DNA from: Spirochaetota bacterium
GTDB lineage: Bacteria; Spirochaetota; UBA4802; UBA5550
DNA length: 64,000 nucleotides
Reading direction: 5' to 3'
NCBI GenBank assembly: GCA_050298055.1
Contig: JBNKTL010000019.1
Coordinates: 23,649-87,648, forward strand
In this document: positions 1 to 10,262 of the stretch, one piece after another
Position numbering within the stretch: position 1 is the first letter of the stretch
How the letters are laid out: each line of letters opens with the position of its first letter
Notes under the pieces: model-generated
Database searches by the model: none
What the model saw: only the letters and a program-made list of their open reading frames with translations
What the model was told of the DNA's origin: nothing
Translations under genes and position numbers: made by a program

Positions 1-236
1 AGTTTCCATTCCTTTGTCAGTTTGTCGCGGTATTCAATCATCTCAGGGATTTTATAGTTTGTATCAATATGTACTAACGGAAACGGGACATGGCCGAAAA
101 AAGCTTTCCGTGTAAGCCAGAGTAATACCGTAGAATCCTTCCCAATAGACCAGAGCATGCAGAGATTTTTAAAATTTGCATAAGCTTCTCTGATTATATG
201 TATACTGATATTTTCAAGTTGATCAAGCCGATCCAT
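1..236 (-). CDS. cysD: Sulfate adenylyltransferase subunit 2 (5' part only; runs off the window start)
   Basis: Not in the ORF track; manual translation from ATG at 236 gives [59 protein letters not shown]..., with the CysD PP-loop SIGKDS and LVHIDT motifs; directly downstream of cysC. Confidence 0.9.
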   Translation of the reverse strand, partial: MDRLDQLENISIHIIREAYANFKNLCMLWSIGKDSTVLLWLTRKAFFGHVPFPLVHIDTNYKIPEMIEYRDKLTKEWK

Positions 237-252
237 TCAACTCTCCACTTTC

Positions 253-987
253 CTAGTTAAAAGTATATTTTTGCATCCTGTTGATAGAGCCAATGATTTT
301 TTTTACCGAATCATTAACATCCATTTCATCAGTCTTAATTGTAATCTCAGGATTTTCAGGTACTTCATAGGGATCATCAACTCCGGTAAAATTTTTAATT
401 TCTCCGGAACGGGCTTTTTTATATAAACCCTTCGGATCCCTTCTTTCACAAATTTCCAGAGACGCAGAAACATATACTTCAACAAAGTTATTTGTAATAC
501 TTCTTACAAAGTTTCTTGTTTCTTTATAAGGCGAAATGAATGAACAGATGACGATTGTTCCCTGTTTTTCTAACAGTGAAGCAATGTAACCCACTCTTTT
601 AATATGATGATCACGATCTTCTTTAGTAAAACCCGTTGACGGAAATATAGACCGTATTGTATCACCGTCAAGATGTTCGACTTTATAACCCATATCTTTA
701 AGTTTTTTTAAAGTCATTTGAGCAAGCGTGCTCTTACCCGATCCGGAAAGACCGGTAAACCACAGAACAAAAGGCTCTGCCTGGTCTTTACCAATCTGGA
801 TAAGATTCCACAATCTCTCATGAAAATAATAAAGCAATAGTTTTATAAAAACTTCAATCCCCCCTATGACAACTGCAACCTGTATTTTACCAACAAACAG
901 GTACACTAACGCAATAGTAGCTAAAGTTGCTAATAATCGCCAGGATAATGTTTTAATTAATGCTCTTGTTCTGGTTTCAAGATACAA
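253..987 (-). CDS. cysC: Adenylylsulfate kinase with N-terminal DUF2061-like membrane domain
   Basis: WFTGLSGSGKST P-loop, LDGD, RDPKGLY, FTGVDDPYE motifs; hydrophobic N-terminal ~65 aa (KTLSWR...YYFHERLW). Confidence 0.92.
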   Translation of the reverse strand: MYLETRTRALIKTLSWRLLATLATIALVYLFVGKIQVAVVIGGIEVFIKLLLYYFHERLWNLIQIGKDQAEPFVLWFTGLSGSGKSTLAQMTLKKLKDMGYKVEHLDGDTIRSIFPSTGFTKEDRDHHIKRVGYIASLLEKQGTIVICSFISPYKETRNFVRSITNNFVEVYVSASLEICERRDPKGLYKKARSGEIKNFTGVDDPYEVPENPEITIKTDEMDVNDSVKKIIGSINRMQKYTFN

Positions 988-990
988 CTA

Positions 991-2130
991 TTATACCCTT
1001 TCCTTTTTTAAAAAACTCTCTATTAAATTTATAATTTTCTGAGCTGCCAATCCTTTGCCATATAGATCTATCCAGTTATTATCCTCCCTTTTCCAATTAA
1101 TCCCAATAGAAGCGAGTATATTTTCAATATTATTCCCCGCCAATTTCGCCCATCCTGCCTCAACAAGTTCAATCCATTCAGTCTCATTCCTTGCAATAAC
1201 AGATGGTGTTTTAAAAAAATAACTTTCCTTCTGTACACCGCCCGAATCGGTTAGAACAACCCTCGCATTCTTTTCAAGAATAACCATTTCGGTGTAGGAA
1301 ACAGGTTCCGCTGTAACAAGATTACCAGGTAGTTTATCATTTATCAGATTATAAAGTTCAAGACATTTCCTGGTCCGTGGGTGAATGGGGAAAAATACCT
1401 TTTTACCCGAATTTGCAAGCTTTATTAATGATTTCCATATATTTTTCAGTTTATTTTCATTATCAGTATTCTCAGCTCGATGTATGGTCACAAGGACAAA
1501 GTTCTCAGGTTCAAGGTCATATTTCCCAAGTATTTCACCGGTTTTGTTTTCAACTCTTTCATAAACCTCCAATGCAACATCAAACATTACGTCACCCACA
1601 TTGGCTATCACTGGATTATGATCAGATGAAAGAGAATATCCCTCTTTGATAAGGTTCTGAATAGCTGTTTCTGTGGGACAGAAAAGTACCGATGAGACAT
1701 TATCGGTAAGGATCCTGTTTATCTCTTCAGGCATTTTCTTATTGTAGCTCCGCAGTCCCGCTTCAACATGAGCTACTGGGATGTGGAGCTTTACAGCAGC
1801 AATGGCACCGGCAAGCGTAGTATTGGTATCACCATATACAAGGACCATTTCCGGTTTTTCATCAGCCAGGACCTTTTCAATCTCTATAAGCATCTTCCCG
1901 GTCATTTCACCATGACTTCCGGAACCTACTTCCAGGAAATAATCCGGTTCAGGGATCTCTAGTTCAGTAAAGAATACCTCGGACATATTGAAGTCGTAGT
2001 GCTGGCCAGTGTGAACAATCTTCTCCCGGTATCCCGCTTCTCTCAATTTTTTCGAAACGATGGATGCTTTTATAAACTGAGGTCTGGCACCGACTATGGT
2101 TAGTATCTTATCCTTGATATTGTTCTTCAT
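991..2130 (-). CDS. wecB: Non-hydrolysing UDP-N-acetylglucosamine 2-epimerase (WbpI/WecB-like)
   Basis: GARPQFIK, HTGQHYD, GDTNT, HVEAGLRS, PEEINR, TDSGGVQKE motifs. Confidence 0.92.
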   Translation of the reverse strand: MKNNIKDKILTIVGARPQFIKASIVSKKLREAGYREKIVHTGQHYDFNMSEVFFTELEIPEPDYFLEVGSGSHGEMTGKMLIEIEKVLADEKPEMVLVYGDTNTTLAGAIAAVKLHIPVAHVEAGLRSYNKKMPEEINRILTDNVSSVLFCPTETAIQNLIKEGYSLSSDHNPVIANVGDVMFDVALEVYERVENKTGEILGKYDLEPENFVLVTIHRAENTDNENKLKNIWKSLIKLANSGKKVFFPIHPRTRKCLELYNLINDKLPGNLVTAEPVSYTEMVILEKNARVVLTDSGGVQKESYFFKTPSVIARNETEWIELVEAGWAKLAGNNIENILASIGINWKREDNNWIDLYGKGLAAQKIINLIESFLKKERV

Positions 2131-2219
2131 ATGATAATTACATACTGAAATGAAAGCCTTTCATAAAGACATGACGAGTGACTTATAGTTAAAAAGAACT
2201 GAGAAATCCTTATAAATCA

Positions 2220-3338
2220 TTACTTGCGGGATCCTTCCTTAATTGCGTCAATAATTATATTCTGATCATATTCTTCCAGGTACCCGTGCATTGGCAGGCT
2301 GAATATTTTTCCCGATATTTCTTCACTTACAGGAAAATCACCCTTTTTATATCCAAGACTCTCATATGCTTTGAGGAATGGGAGCGGAGTTCTATAATAG
2401 ACCATTGCAGGGATATTATTGTCGCTGAGATGAGACATGATTTTTTCACGTTTATCAGAAATCACTGAATACTGAGCCCATGCGGAAACATTCCCATCCT
2501 TAACAGATGGTATTTTTACAATATCCTGTAATCCTTCATTATATCTGCTTGCCACAGCCTGCTTTCTGGTAAGTTCATCAAGAAAAATATCAAACTTTGC
2601 AAGCATTATTGCAGCCTGTAGCGTATCCAGCCGCCCATTTACTCCTATTCTAATATTATCATACTTATCTTTACCCTGTCCGTGTACTCTGATAGATTTT
2701 AGTTTATCATATATTTCTTCACTGTCCGTAAAAACCATCCCCCCGTCTCCATAGCATCCGAAAGGTTTTGCAGGAAAAAAGCTTGTTGCCGCAACATTAG
2801 TAAGGGAACAGTTTTTCTTTCCTTTATAAGAGCCTCCAAATGATTGAGCTGCATCCTCAAGGACAAAGAGGTTATTTTTTTTTGCTAATGCGTTTATTTC
2901 ATTAAAATCTGCCGCCTGACCGAAGAGGTCTACAGGTATAATTCCCCTGGGTGTTAAATTATTTTCATTTTTAACCTTTTCTATCGCTTTCTCAAGCTCT
3001 CCCGTGTCAATATTGAAGGTATCCTTTTCAATGTCGACAAAAACAGGTGTAGCTCCGAGCAGGCTAATAACCTCAGCCGTTGCGATAAAGCTGAAAGCGG
3101 TTGTAAAGACAGCATCTCCCGGACCGATATCATATGCCATCAGGGGCATTAGGAGAGCATCGGTTCCGCTTGACACTCCAACAGCATACTTGGTACCGGT
3201 ATAATCGGCAAGTTTCTCCTCAAGCTCACTGACTTCCGGACCGTTTATATACCTTCCGTGATCCAGGACTTTTTTTATATTTTTTTCAATATTATCACGT
3301 ATACGTTCCTGTTGTGATTTAAGATCAATAAATTGCAT
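2220..3338 (-). CDS. DegT/DnrJ/EryC1/StrS PLP aminotransferase (WbpE-like)
   Basis: SGTDAL, EDAAQSFG, SFFPAKPFGCYGDGG (PLP lysine), NGRLDTLQAA motifs. Confidence 0.9.
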   Translation of the reverse strand: MQFIDLKSQQERIRDNIEKNIKKVLDHGRYINGPEVSELEEKLADYTGTKYAVGVSSGTDALLMPLMAYDIGPGDAVFTTAFSFIATAEVISLLGATPVFVDIEKDTFNIDTGELEKAIEKVKNENNLTPRGIIPVDLFGQAADFNEINALAKKNNLFVLEDAAQSFGGSYKGKKNCSLTNVAATSFFPAKPFGCYGDGGMVFTDSEEIYDKLKSIRVHGQGKDKYDNIRIGVNGRLDTLQAAIMLAKFDIFLDELTRKQAVASRYNEGLQDIVKIPSVKDGNVSAWAQYSVISDKREKIMSHLSDNNIPAMVYYRTPLPFLKAYESLGYKKGDFPVSEEISGKIFSLPMHGYLEEYDQNIIIDAIKEGSRK

Positions 3339-3414
3339 TTGTTCAAAACCTCATGCTATTTCATTAGTTAAAATTAAATATAATTCAATGAATTTATCCA
3401 TAACCGGCAGAGAA

Positions 3415-4389
3415 CTACCTGCTTAACTTCTCCATTAAGTCTATACCCTCCAGAACCTCTTCAACTGAAGGAAAAAGCTCAAAGTTTCCCTGCACAATGT
3501 GTTCATACATTTTATCATGTCCCCTCAGGTGTCCGTCATTTTCCGTAAAATCGATGTCCGGTTTTTCCAGACCATCCACATCCCAAAAACTTATGGTATT
3601 AAGATTAGTTCCGGTTAAATGCACTGTTCCTTTCTTCCCTATTATACTCATCTCAGTAATGTAGTTCTCCCTGAATGTGCTTATAGTCGCATTAAGTGTT
3701 CCAACTGTTCCCGATTTAAATTTAAAAACAGCTGAAATCGTGTCTTTTATATCAAGATTCCTCAAATCCCCATTAAGTCCCTTGTAGTCGTCCAGGTTCC
3801 CAAAGAAATAGAGCAGCATATCAACATAATGGCTTGCCTGAGTGTAGAGAATTCCCCCATCCATATCCGGTGAACCATGCCAGTCAACCTTAAAATACTC
3901 ATCATTCCTGTTCCAGAAAATATTCACATTAAACTGGAAAATTTCACCAAAAACACCCTTTTTTATCAGCTCCCTTATAAATTCAACAAGAGGATTATAC
4001 CTGTTCTGGTATACCGGAAGGAGAATTTTTTTATTATCTTTTGCAAAAGAAAAAAGGTCCATTGTTTCCGTTACAGTGAGGGCAATCGGTTTTTCACAAA
4101 CAATACAGGTTGCATCAGATTTTTCAATGGATGTTTTTATATGTTCAGGGTGTAAACCTGAAGGCGTAGTGATTGAGATCACATCGACGCCATTAATCTC
4201 AGAAATTTCTGTTACATGTTTTATACCGAGTGATTCGGCTGTTTCCCTGGCTTTTCCCTCATCAGAATCACATACTACAGAGATCTCTATCCCCTCTGTT
4301 GAATTTATCGCATCAATATGCCGTTTTGCAATACGCCCGCATCCAACAAGGGCGACTTTTTTTCTGGTCATAAATTCGTCCTTATCCAC
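3415..4389 (-). CDS. Gfo/Idh/MocA oxidoreductase (WbpB-like 3-dehydrogenase)
   Basis: GCGRIA Rossmann motif, CEKP, DGG-x-L-x-Q-x-SHY motifs; position between wbpA-like and wbpE-like genes. Confidence 0.85.
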   Translation of the reverse strand: MDKDEFMTRKKVALVGCGRIAKRHIDAINSTEGIEISVVCDSDEGKARETAESLGIKHVTEISEINGVDVISITTPSGLHPEHIKTSIEKSDATCIVCEKPIALTVTETMDLFSFAKDNKKILLPVYQNRYNPLVEFIRELIKKGVFGEIFQFNVNIFWNRNDEYFKVDWHGSPDMDGGILYTQASHYVDMLLYFFGNLDDYKGLNGDLRNLDIKDTISAVFKFKSGTVGTLNATISTFRENYITEMSIIGKKGTVHLTGTNLNTISFWDVDGLEKPDIDFTENDGHLRGHDKMYEHIVQGNFELFPSVEEVLEGIDLMEKLSR

Positions 4390-4446
4390 TTAAAATCAAA
4401 ATATTTTATTGATGATATTGTTCTATCATCAAATATCACTTTCAAC

Positions 4447-5784
4447 TTATAATTTATAAATTTTTTCCCCATCATCAATTCCATGAGTGGCATTTCTTAA
4501 ATCAACAACCAGGTTGGCTCTGTCAACAATACTTTTAACATCAAAGACAGAGTGATTCGTAGTAAAAACAATACAATCCATTTTTTCGATCAATTCATCC
4601 GTTAAGTCAGAATTATTATACTCTCTCCCTTCCGAAGTTGAAATATTTTTGATATAAGGATCATGGAAATAGACTTCACCCTTCTTCTTTGCCACTTCAT
4701 CAATTATTTTTAGCGCCGGGCTCTCCCTCTCATCATCAATTTCAGGTTTGTATGCCACACCGAGGAAAAGGATCTTTGAACCATTAATTGATTTTTTATG
4801 ACGATTCAGTGCCGTATTGATTTTAATTGACATTCTGTGAGGCATCAGGTTATCTATATGGCCTGCAGTGTGAATCATTGTCAGATCAAACTGGTAGTTT
4901 TTTGCAATATGCTCCAGGTAAAAGGGATCAAGAGGTATACAGTGGCCGCCAATACCCGGTCCGGGATAAAAAGGCTGGTATCCGAATGGTTTTGTCTTTG
5001 CCGCTTCAATAACCTCCCATATATCGATATCCATTTTTCCGGAAAGAAGCGCCATTTCATTAATAAGGCTGATATTAATAAGCCTGTATGTGTTTTCAAG
5101 AATTTTCACCATTTCGGCAATCTTCGGAGAACTTACAGGATGCACTTGCTGTATGGCCTTTTCATAAAGAGCAATTCCGATCTCATTAGCGTCTTTACCA
5201 AAACCTCCGACCACTTTAGGTGTATTCTCTGTCTTATGGATATGATTCCCCGGATCAACCCTTTCAGGAGAATAGCAGAGCCAAAAGTCTTTCCCACACT
5301 CCATTCCCGATTCCCTTTCAATAATAGGCTTCATGAAGTTTTCAGTTGTTGTTGGATAAGTTGTGCTTTCAAGAGATATAAAAGTCCCCCTTTTCATATT
5401 CTTTCCAATATCAATACATGAATTTTCAATATAAGTCATATCCGGTTTTTTAAACTTATCCAGGGGGGTGGGAACACAGATAATGATAATATCACACTCT
5501 TTTATAACTGTTTCATCAGTGGTTGCCTTAAGAAACCCATCGTTAACAACATTCTTCAGTTCATCATTACTGACATCACCAATATAGTTCTTTCCTGAAT
5601 TCACAAAATCAGCCTTCTTTGAAGATTTTTCAATCCCAATAACATTCAGTTCTTTTTTAGCAAAAAGAACTGCCAGGGGTAATCCCACATATCCCAGCCC
5701 AAGTATCCCGATTTTGACTGTCTTATCTTCAATATTTTTCAATATTTCTTCTTTCAAAGAACTATCTGCATCTTTAGTATTCAC
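4447..5784 (-). CDS. UDP-N-acetyl-D-glucosamine 6-dehydrogenase (WbpA-like)
   Basis: GLGYVGLP, CVPTP, ESTTYP, SPERVDPG, GGHCIPLDP, AYKP-x-DD-x-RESP motifs. Confidence 0.9.
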   Translation of the reverse strand: MNTKDADSSLKEEILKNIEDKTVKIGILGLGYVGLPLAVLFAKKELNVIGIEKSSKKADFVNSGKNYIGDVSNDELKNVVNDGFLKATTDETVIKECDIIIICVPTPLDKFKKPDMTYIENSCIDIGKNMKRGTFISLESTTYPTTTENFMKPIIERESGMECGKDFWLCYSPERVDPGNHIHKTENTPKVVGGFGKDANEIGIALYEKAIQQVHPVSSPKIAEMVKILENTYRLINISLINEMALLSGKMDIDIWEVIEAAKTKPFGYQPFYPGPGIGGHCIPLDPFYLEHIAKNYQFDLTMIHTAGHIDNLMPHRMSIKINTALNRHKKSINGSKILFLGVAYKPEIDDERESPALKIIDEVAKKKGEVYFHDPYIKNISTSEGREYNNSDLTDELIEKMDCIVFTTNHSVFDVKSIVDRANLVVDLRNATHGIDDGEKIYKL

Positions 5785-5844
5785 ATGTTCTCTCCATACT
5801 CATCATCTATCAGCTGTAATGTAAAATCCCAACAACCTAATTTT

Positions 5845-6417
5845 TTACTTTTCTACAACCGGGACTAAAACTCCTTCGGCTTCCCTATACTCATTACCGC
5901 ATTTGTGACAATTAAGCACACTCCCTTTCAAAACCTCTCCACACTTACAGACCCAGCCGCTCCTCAGAGCAGGGACCCCTGTCATGAGCGCATACTCCGG
6001 AACATCTTTGGTTACAACAGCACCGGCACCGATTAAAGCATATTTTCCTATGGTAATTCCGCAGACAATTGTTGCATTTGCTCCTATTGTAGATCCCTGC
6101 TTTAACAATGTTTTTCTAAATTCATCTTTTTTTTCAACAAAAGCCCTGGGATTAATAACATTTGTAAAAACCATTGAAGGACCGCAGAAAACATCATCTT
6201 CAATTTCCACACCTTTATAGACAGATACATTGTTCTGGATTTTACAATTATTCCCGACTTTTACATTTGGTCCAACAACAACATTCTGACCTATTACACA
6301 GTTGTTTCCGATAATTGTATCAGATAATATATGTGAAAAGTGCCATATTTTTGTGCCATTTCCAATTATAACATCTTCATCAATGAAACTGCTTTTATGA
6401 ACAAAATTTTCAGACAT
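5845..6417 (-). CDS. Hexapeptide-repeat N-acetyltransferase (WbpD-like)
   Basis: [36 protein letters not shown] motifs; C-terminal CxCG...CxxC. Confidence 0.88.
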   Translation of the reverse strand: MSENFVHKSSFIDEDVIIGNGTKIWHFSHILSDTIIGNNCVIGQNVVVGPNVKVGNNCKIQNNVSVYKGVEIEDDVFCGPSMVFTNVINPRAFVEKKDEFRKTLLKQGSTIGANATIVCGITIGKYALIGAGAVVTKDVPEYALMTGVPALRSGWVCKCGEVLKGSVLNCHKCGNEYREAEGVLVPVVEK

Positions 6418-6626
6418 AAATAACCTTAACCCTTTAACAATAAGTTTCCACTTTCCAAGGTGTATTTACTATTTTATTATGTTTTATTATAGTTGTTTAC
6501 GATAAATTGAAAAAAAGAAAAAGGGAATTTCCCAGCTCATTTTACACAAAAATTTTTAATAATTAAGCTACAAAAGTGAACTTTTTTATAATGAATATTA
6601 TACTGTCAACTTCTTTTGCATAAACA

Positions 6627-7676
6627 TCACCTATAATACTCTCTGTACCACTCCACAAACCTGTTAATCCCTTCCTGAAGGGGAGTATCAGGTTTGAATC
6701 CCACATCCTTTATCAGGTCATCAACATCGGCATAGGTTTCAAACATATCCCCGGGCTGCATGGGCTTCATGTTTTTCTTCGCTTTCTTCCCCAGGGCTTT
6801 TTCTATGGACCCGATAAAATCCATGAGATTTTCCGGTGAATTGTTTCCGATATTATAGACCCTGTATGGCGCGTTTGATCTACCTGGATCAAAATCATCG
6901 ATATCCCGGTCATTATTCCCTGTTGGCGGATTATCAATAACTCTTACAACACCTTCAACGATATCATCGACATAAGTAAAGTCCCTTTTCAGGTTACCGT
7001 CATTGTAGACATCTATGGCTTTCCCTTCCAGGATGAGCCGGGTAAATTTGAAATAAGCCATATCAGGCCTCCCCCAGGGTCCGTAAACAGTAAAAAACCT
7101 GAGCCCCGTAGTGGGTATACCGAAGAGATGGCTGTAGGTATGGGCCATGAGCTCGTTTGACTTCTTGCTGGCCGCATAGAGGGTGATGGGATGGTCTACA
7201 TTGTCCTTTGTGCTGAAAGGAATTTTTTTATTCAGGCCGTATACAGAGGATGTGCTGGCGTAGACAAGGTGCTTTGTCCCGCCATACCTGCAGCACTCCA
7301 GGATGTTCATAAAGCCATTGATATTCGAATCTATATAAGCATAGGGGTTCTCTAATGAATACCTTACGCCAGCCTGGGCCGCCAGGTTGCAGACAGCATC
7401 GAACTTCTCTTTCTCAAAAAGTTTCGGCAGGTTTTCCCGGTCACCCAGGTCCATTTTAACAAACCTGTAATTGTTATGCTTTACAGACCTGACCGGAACA
7501 TTATATTGAATATTATCCTTCTCAATTCCTGTCTCTTTAAGACGGCCGTATTTCAGTTCCGTGTCATAATAATCGTTTATGTTATCAAGACCCACTACAG
7601 TATCTCCCCTTTCGAGAAGTTTTTTTGCCGTATGAAACCCGATAAAGCCCGCTGTTCCCGTAACCAGTATTTTCAT
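6627..7676 (-). CDS. NAD-dependent epimerase, UDP-glucuronate 4-epimerase type
   Basis: [37 protein letters not shown] motifs. Confidence 0.9.
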   Translation of the reverse strand: MKILVTGTAGFIGFHTAKKLLERGDTVVGLDNINDYYDTELKYGRLKETGIEKDNIQYNVPVRSVKHNNYRFVKMDLGDRENLPKLFEKEKFDAVCNLAAQAGVRYSLENPYAYIDSNINGFMNILECCRYGGTKHLVYASTSSVYGLNKKIPFSTKDNVDHPITLYAASKKSNELMAHTYSHLFGIPTTGLRFFTVYGPWGRPDMAYFKFTRLILEGKAIDVYNDGNLKRDFTYVDDIVEGVVRVIDNPPTGNNDRDIDDFDPGRSNAPYRVYNIGNNSPENLMDFIGSIEKALGKKAKKNMKPMQPGDMFETYADVDDLIKDVGFKPDTPLQEGINRFVEWYREYYR

Positions 7677-7827
7677 CTATTACCTTTCTTTTTCATTGTT
7701 TTTCTCAAAGAATCCAATCAAATATTTCCAATTTGTACTGAAGGTCAAGACATTTATTATTTCATTGCAGTTATCAAAATAACCTTGATAAAATTTGATA
7801 CTCAAAATATATGTATGGGGAATATAA

Positions 7828-7872
7828 AGATAACTGATATGTCCCCGCTAACAAAGGCGGCAGGGACATATT
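7828..7872. repeat. Degenerate copy (core hairpin) of the ~140-bp MITE family
   Basis: GATAACTGATATGTCCCCGCTAACAAAGGCGGCAGGGACATAT matches cores at ~44304-44346, ~53648-53688 (reverse) and ~59735-59773. Confidence 0.8.
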
Positions 7873-7928
7873 ATTGATTTTTTAGTAAAATACATATAAT
7901 CAAGGCTTAAAATAAATTAAAATCTTCT

Positions 7929-7960
7929 CCCTCTCTTTCAAGGTGAGGGCCGGGGTGGGG
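7929..7960. repeat. REP-like GC-rich palindrome (CCCTCTC...GAGGG-CCGGGGTGGGG)
   Basis: Same motif as the longer copy at 8951-9012. Confidence 0.6.
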
Positions 7961-7964
7961 TCAA

Positions 7965-8912
7965 ATGGTCCGGGTAAAAAACCTGAAAAAACACTTTAAA
8001 ACAAGGAAGAGCGGTCTTTTCGATAAACCGGGGACTGTTCGTGCACTGGACGGTATCGATTTTAGCATTAAGAAAGGACAGACCCTGGGGATGGTGGGCG
8101 AAAGCGGAAGTGGAAAGACAACTGCCGCCCGGTCAATACTTCGCCTCATAGAACCGGATGAAGGGGAGATTATCATTGATGACGTACATGTACATTCTCT
8201 CGAAAAAAATGAACTCAGGGAGTTCAGGAAGAACATGCAGCTGGTTTTCCAGGACCCTTACAGTTCCCTCAACCCGCGGATGACCATAGGAAAGATAGTA
8301 TCCGAACCTCTTCGGATACACTCGATTTTAAGAAAAAATGAAATTTCAGACAGGCTTGATGATCTTCTTGAGATGGTGGGCCTGAAACCGGAACATGCCG
8401 GGAGATACCCCCACGAATTCAGCGGCGGCCAGAGACAGAGAATCGGAATAGCCCGGGCCATCGCCCTTAATCCGAAATTTATCATACTGGATGAACCGGT
8501 GTCAGCCCTGGACGTTTCCATTCAGGGTCAGGTCCTCAACCTCCTCTCTGACCTCCAGGAAAAACTGGGCCTCACCTATCTCTTCGTAGCCCATGATCTT
8601 GCTGTTGTTGAGCATATGAGTGATGAACTTGTGATCATGTACCTGGGACGAGTTGCTGAGAAGAGCACAAAGAAAGGTATATATGAAAATCCCCTGCATC
8701 CCTATACAAAAAGCCTCATGAAATCCATACCTGAGATCAGACCGGAAAAGAGGGGGATAACGGCCCTCAAAGGGGAGATCCCCTCACCGGAAAATCCGCC
8801 GCCAGGCTGCTATTTTCATCCCCGGTGCCCCCGTGCCATGGATATTTGCAAAAAAGAATACCCCGAAAAAAGAAGTGTCGGGGAATCGGAAGTTGCCTGT
8901 CATCTCTACTGA
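7965..8912 (+). CDS. Oligopeptide/dipeptide ABC transporter ATP-binding subunit (OppF/DppF-like)
   Basis: GESGSGKT Walker A, FSGGQRQRI signature, LDEP Walker B, C-terminal GC-x-FHPRC...VACH. Confidence 0.92.
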   Translation: MVRVKNLKKHFKTRKSGLFDKPGTVRALDGIDFSIKKGQTLGMVGESGSGKTTAARSILRLIEPDEGEIIIDDVHVHSLEKNELREFRKNMQLVFQDPYSSLNPRMTIGKIVSEPLRIHSILRKNEISDRLDDLLEMVGLKPEHAGRYPHEFSGGQRQRIGIARAIALNPKFIILDEPVSALDVSIQGQVLNLLSDLQEKLGLTYLFVAHDLAVVEHMSDELVIMYLGRVAEKSTKKGIYENPLHPYTKSLMKSIPEIRPEKRGITALKGEIPSPENPPPGCYFHPRCPRAMDICKKEYPEKRSVGESEVACHLY

Positions 8913-8931
8913 TAAAAGTAATAATAAATTG

Positions 8932-9903
8932 ATGAAGTTAACTAGATTACACCCCCCCCTCTCCCTTCCTTCTCCTTCAAATCTCTGGGAGAGGGGGCCG
9001 GGGGGTGAGGGCATAAAAGTTCAGAAAGAATCGATTCCTACAAGAAAGAGGAAATATCTTCTATTATTTCTTTTTATAATAATTTCAATTCCGGCCGTTT
9101 CAGCAGAATTTGACATCCATGACCTGGTACGCCTTCTTCAGGAATCCCCGGAAGAAAAAGTCCCAAAAGAATATATGGAAACGAGGGACGGTATTCTCTT
9201 CCTGAGCGGAAAGAGCAGGGCCGCAGAAGCAAACAACAGGGCGGCAGAATTAATGAAAAAAGGAAAGTTTACCGAAGCTGAAAAAATATTAACCAGGGCC
9301 CTGAAGCATGACGCTCTTTTTTTCCCGTTCAGATTTAACCTTGGGATCTGCTATCTCTATCTCAACAAACTCAAAATGTCCCTGATAAACTTTACAAAAG
9401 CCCAGCAGGTCTTTCCCGAATACTCAAGAACATATTTGAGGATAGGCTATATCTATCAGCGCTGGAACATGGAGAACAAGGCAATCTCATCTTTCCGTGA
9501 AGCATTGAGGAGAAACAGGAAGGAGCTCGATACATTTATCCTGATCGGTGACATCTACTTCCAGAGGAACCAGCTGGAACTGGCAAAAAAATATTACGAA
9601 ACATCACTGACTGTTGACAACAGGTTCCCCAATGGGCTCCTGGGGCTTGCAAAAGTCCTCTTTAAAAAAGGAAAATACATCCAGTCTATTGTACAACTGA
9701 AAACAGTAAAAACCGACGGCAAATACGACAAGGCCCTCCACTTCTACTACGCTGAAGCCTCATTTAAGCTCCGGGACTATAAAAAAGCCGCAGAAGAATA
9801 TGAGAAACTGCTGCAGTTCAAGAACGATAAATTCTTTCTCACCTACTCCAGGGAGTTAATCAAACACAAGCTTGATCTGAGCAGGCGGTTTACAGGGCAG
9901 TAG
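8932..9903 (+). CDS. Exported tetratricopeptide-repeat protein
   Basis: Several TPR-like helical repeats and a signal-peptide-like segment (KYLLLFLFIIISIPAVSA); start moved to ATG 8932 to avoid overlap with the ABC ATPase gene. Confidence 0.7.
   Translation: MKLTRLHPPLSLPSPSNLWERGPGGEGIKVQKESIPTRKRKYLLLFLFIIISIPAVSAEFDIHDLVRLLQESPEEKVPKEYMETRDGILFLSGKSRAAEANNRAAELMKKGKFTEAEKILTRALKHDALFFPFRFNLGICYLYLNKLKMSLINFTKAQQVFPEYSRTYLRIGYIYQRWNMENKAISSFREALRRNRKELDTFILIGDIYFQRNQLELAKKYYETSLTVDNRFPNGLLGLAKVLFKKGKYIQSIVQLKTVKTDGKYDKALHFYYAEASFKLRDYKKAAEEYEKLLQFKNDKFFLTYSRELIKHKLDLSRRFTGQ
8951..9012. repeat. REP-like palindromic element inside the 5' end of the TPR gene
   Basis: CCCCCTCTCCC (8955-8965) pairs perfectly with GGGAGAGGGGG (8987-8997), followed by CCGGGGGGTGAGGG. 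Confidence 0.75.
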
Positions 9904-10052
9904 GTCCATATTCAAACTTCTCTCATAGGATATTGCATAACATATGCCTGAGTCCCCCTCTATTTTTTACGATTTTGATTCATTAGTTTATTGACTTTTT
10001 TTTATACATCAATACTTTTTATTATAGATGATAAGACTTTGAAGGTATTAAA

Positions 10053-10262
10053 ATGAAGAATATGAAATACACGGTTTGGAAAGAAGATAAGTTTTTTGTA
10101 TCTCAATGTCTCAATGTTGATATATCCAGTTTTGGATGCACTATTGATGAAGCTGTGAATAATCTCAGGGAAGCCCTGGAATTATATTTTGAGGATAATG
10201 AAAACCCGGTATATACAGATATTGAGAATGTCATGATCGGTGAGTGCCTGGTTAATGCCTAA
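10053..10262 (+). CDS. hicB: HicB-family antitoxin (short, no C-terminal DNA-binding domain)
   Basis: SFG-x-TIDEAVNNLREALELYFE signature; overlaps hicA. Confidence 0.85.
   Translation: MKNMKYTVWKEDKFFVSQCLNVDISSFGCTIDEAVNNLREALELYFEDNENPVYTDIENVMIGECLVNA

Noticed and set aside
4837..5421. 194-aa antisense ORF and the many other 60-160 aa ORFs nested in called genes
   Set aside because: They lie fully within well-supported genes on another frame or strand and show no motifs
7476..7877. 133-aa + strand ORF
   Set aside because: Antisense to the epimerase 5' end, runs through promoter DNA and a MITE core; no recognisable motifs
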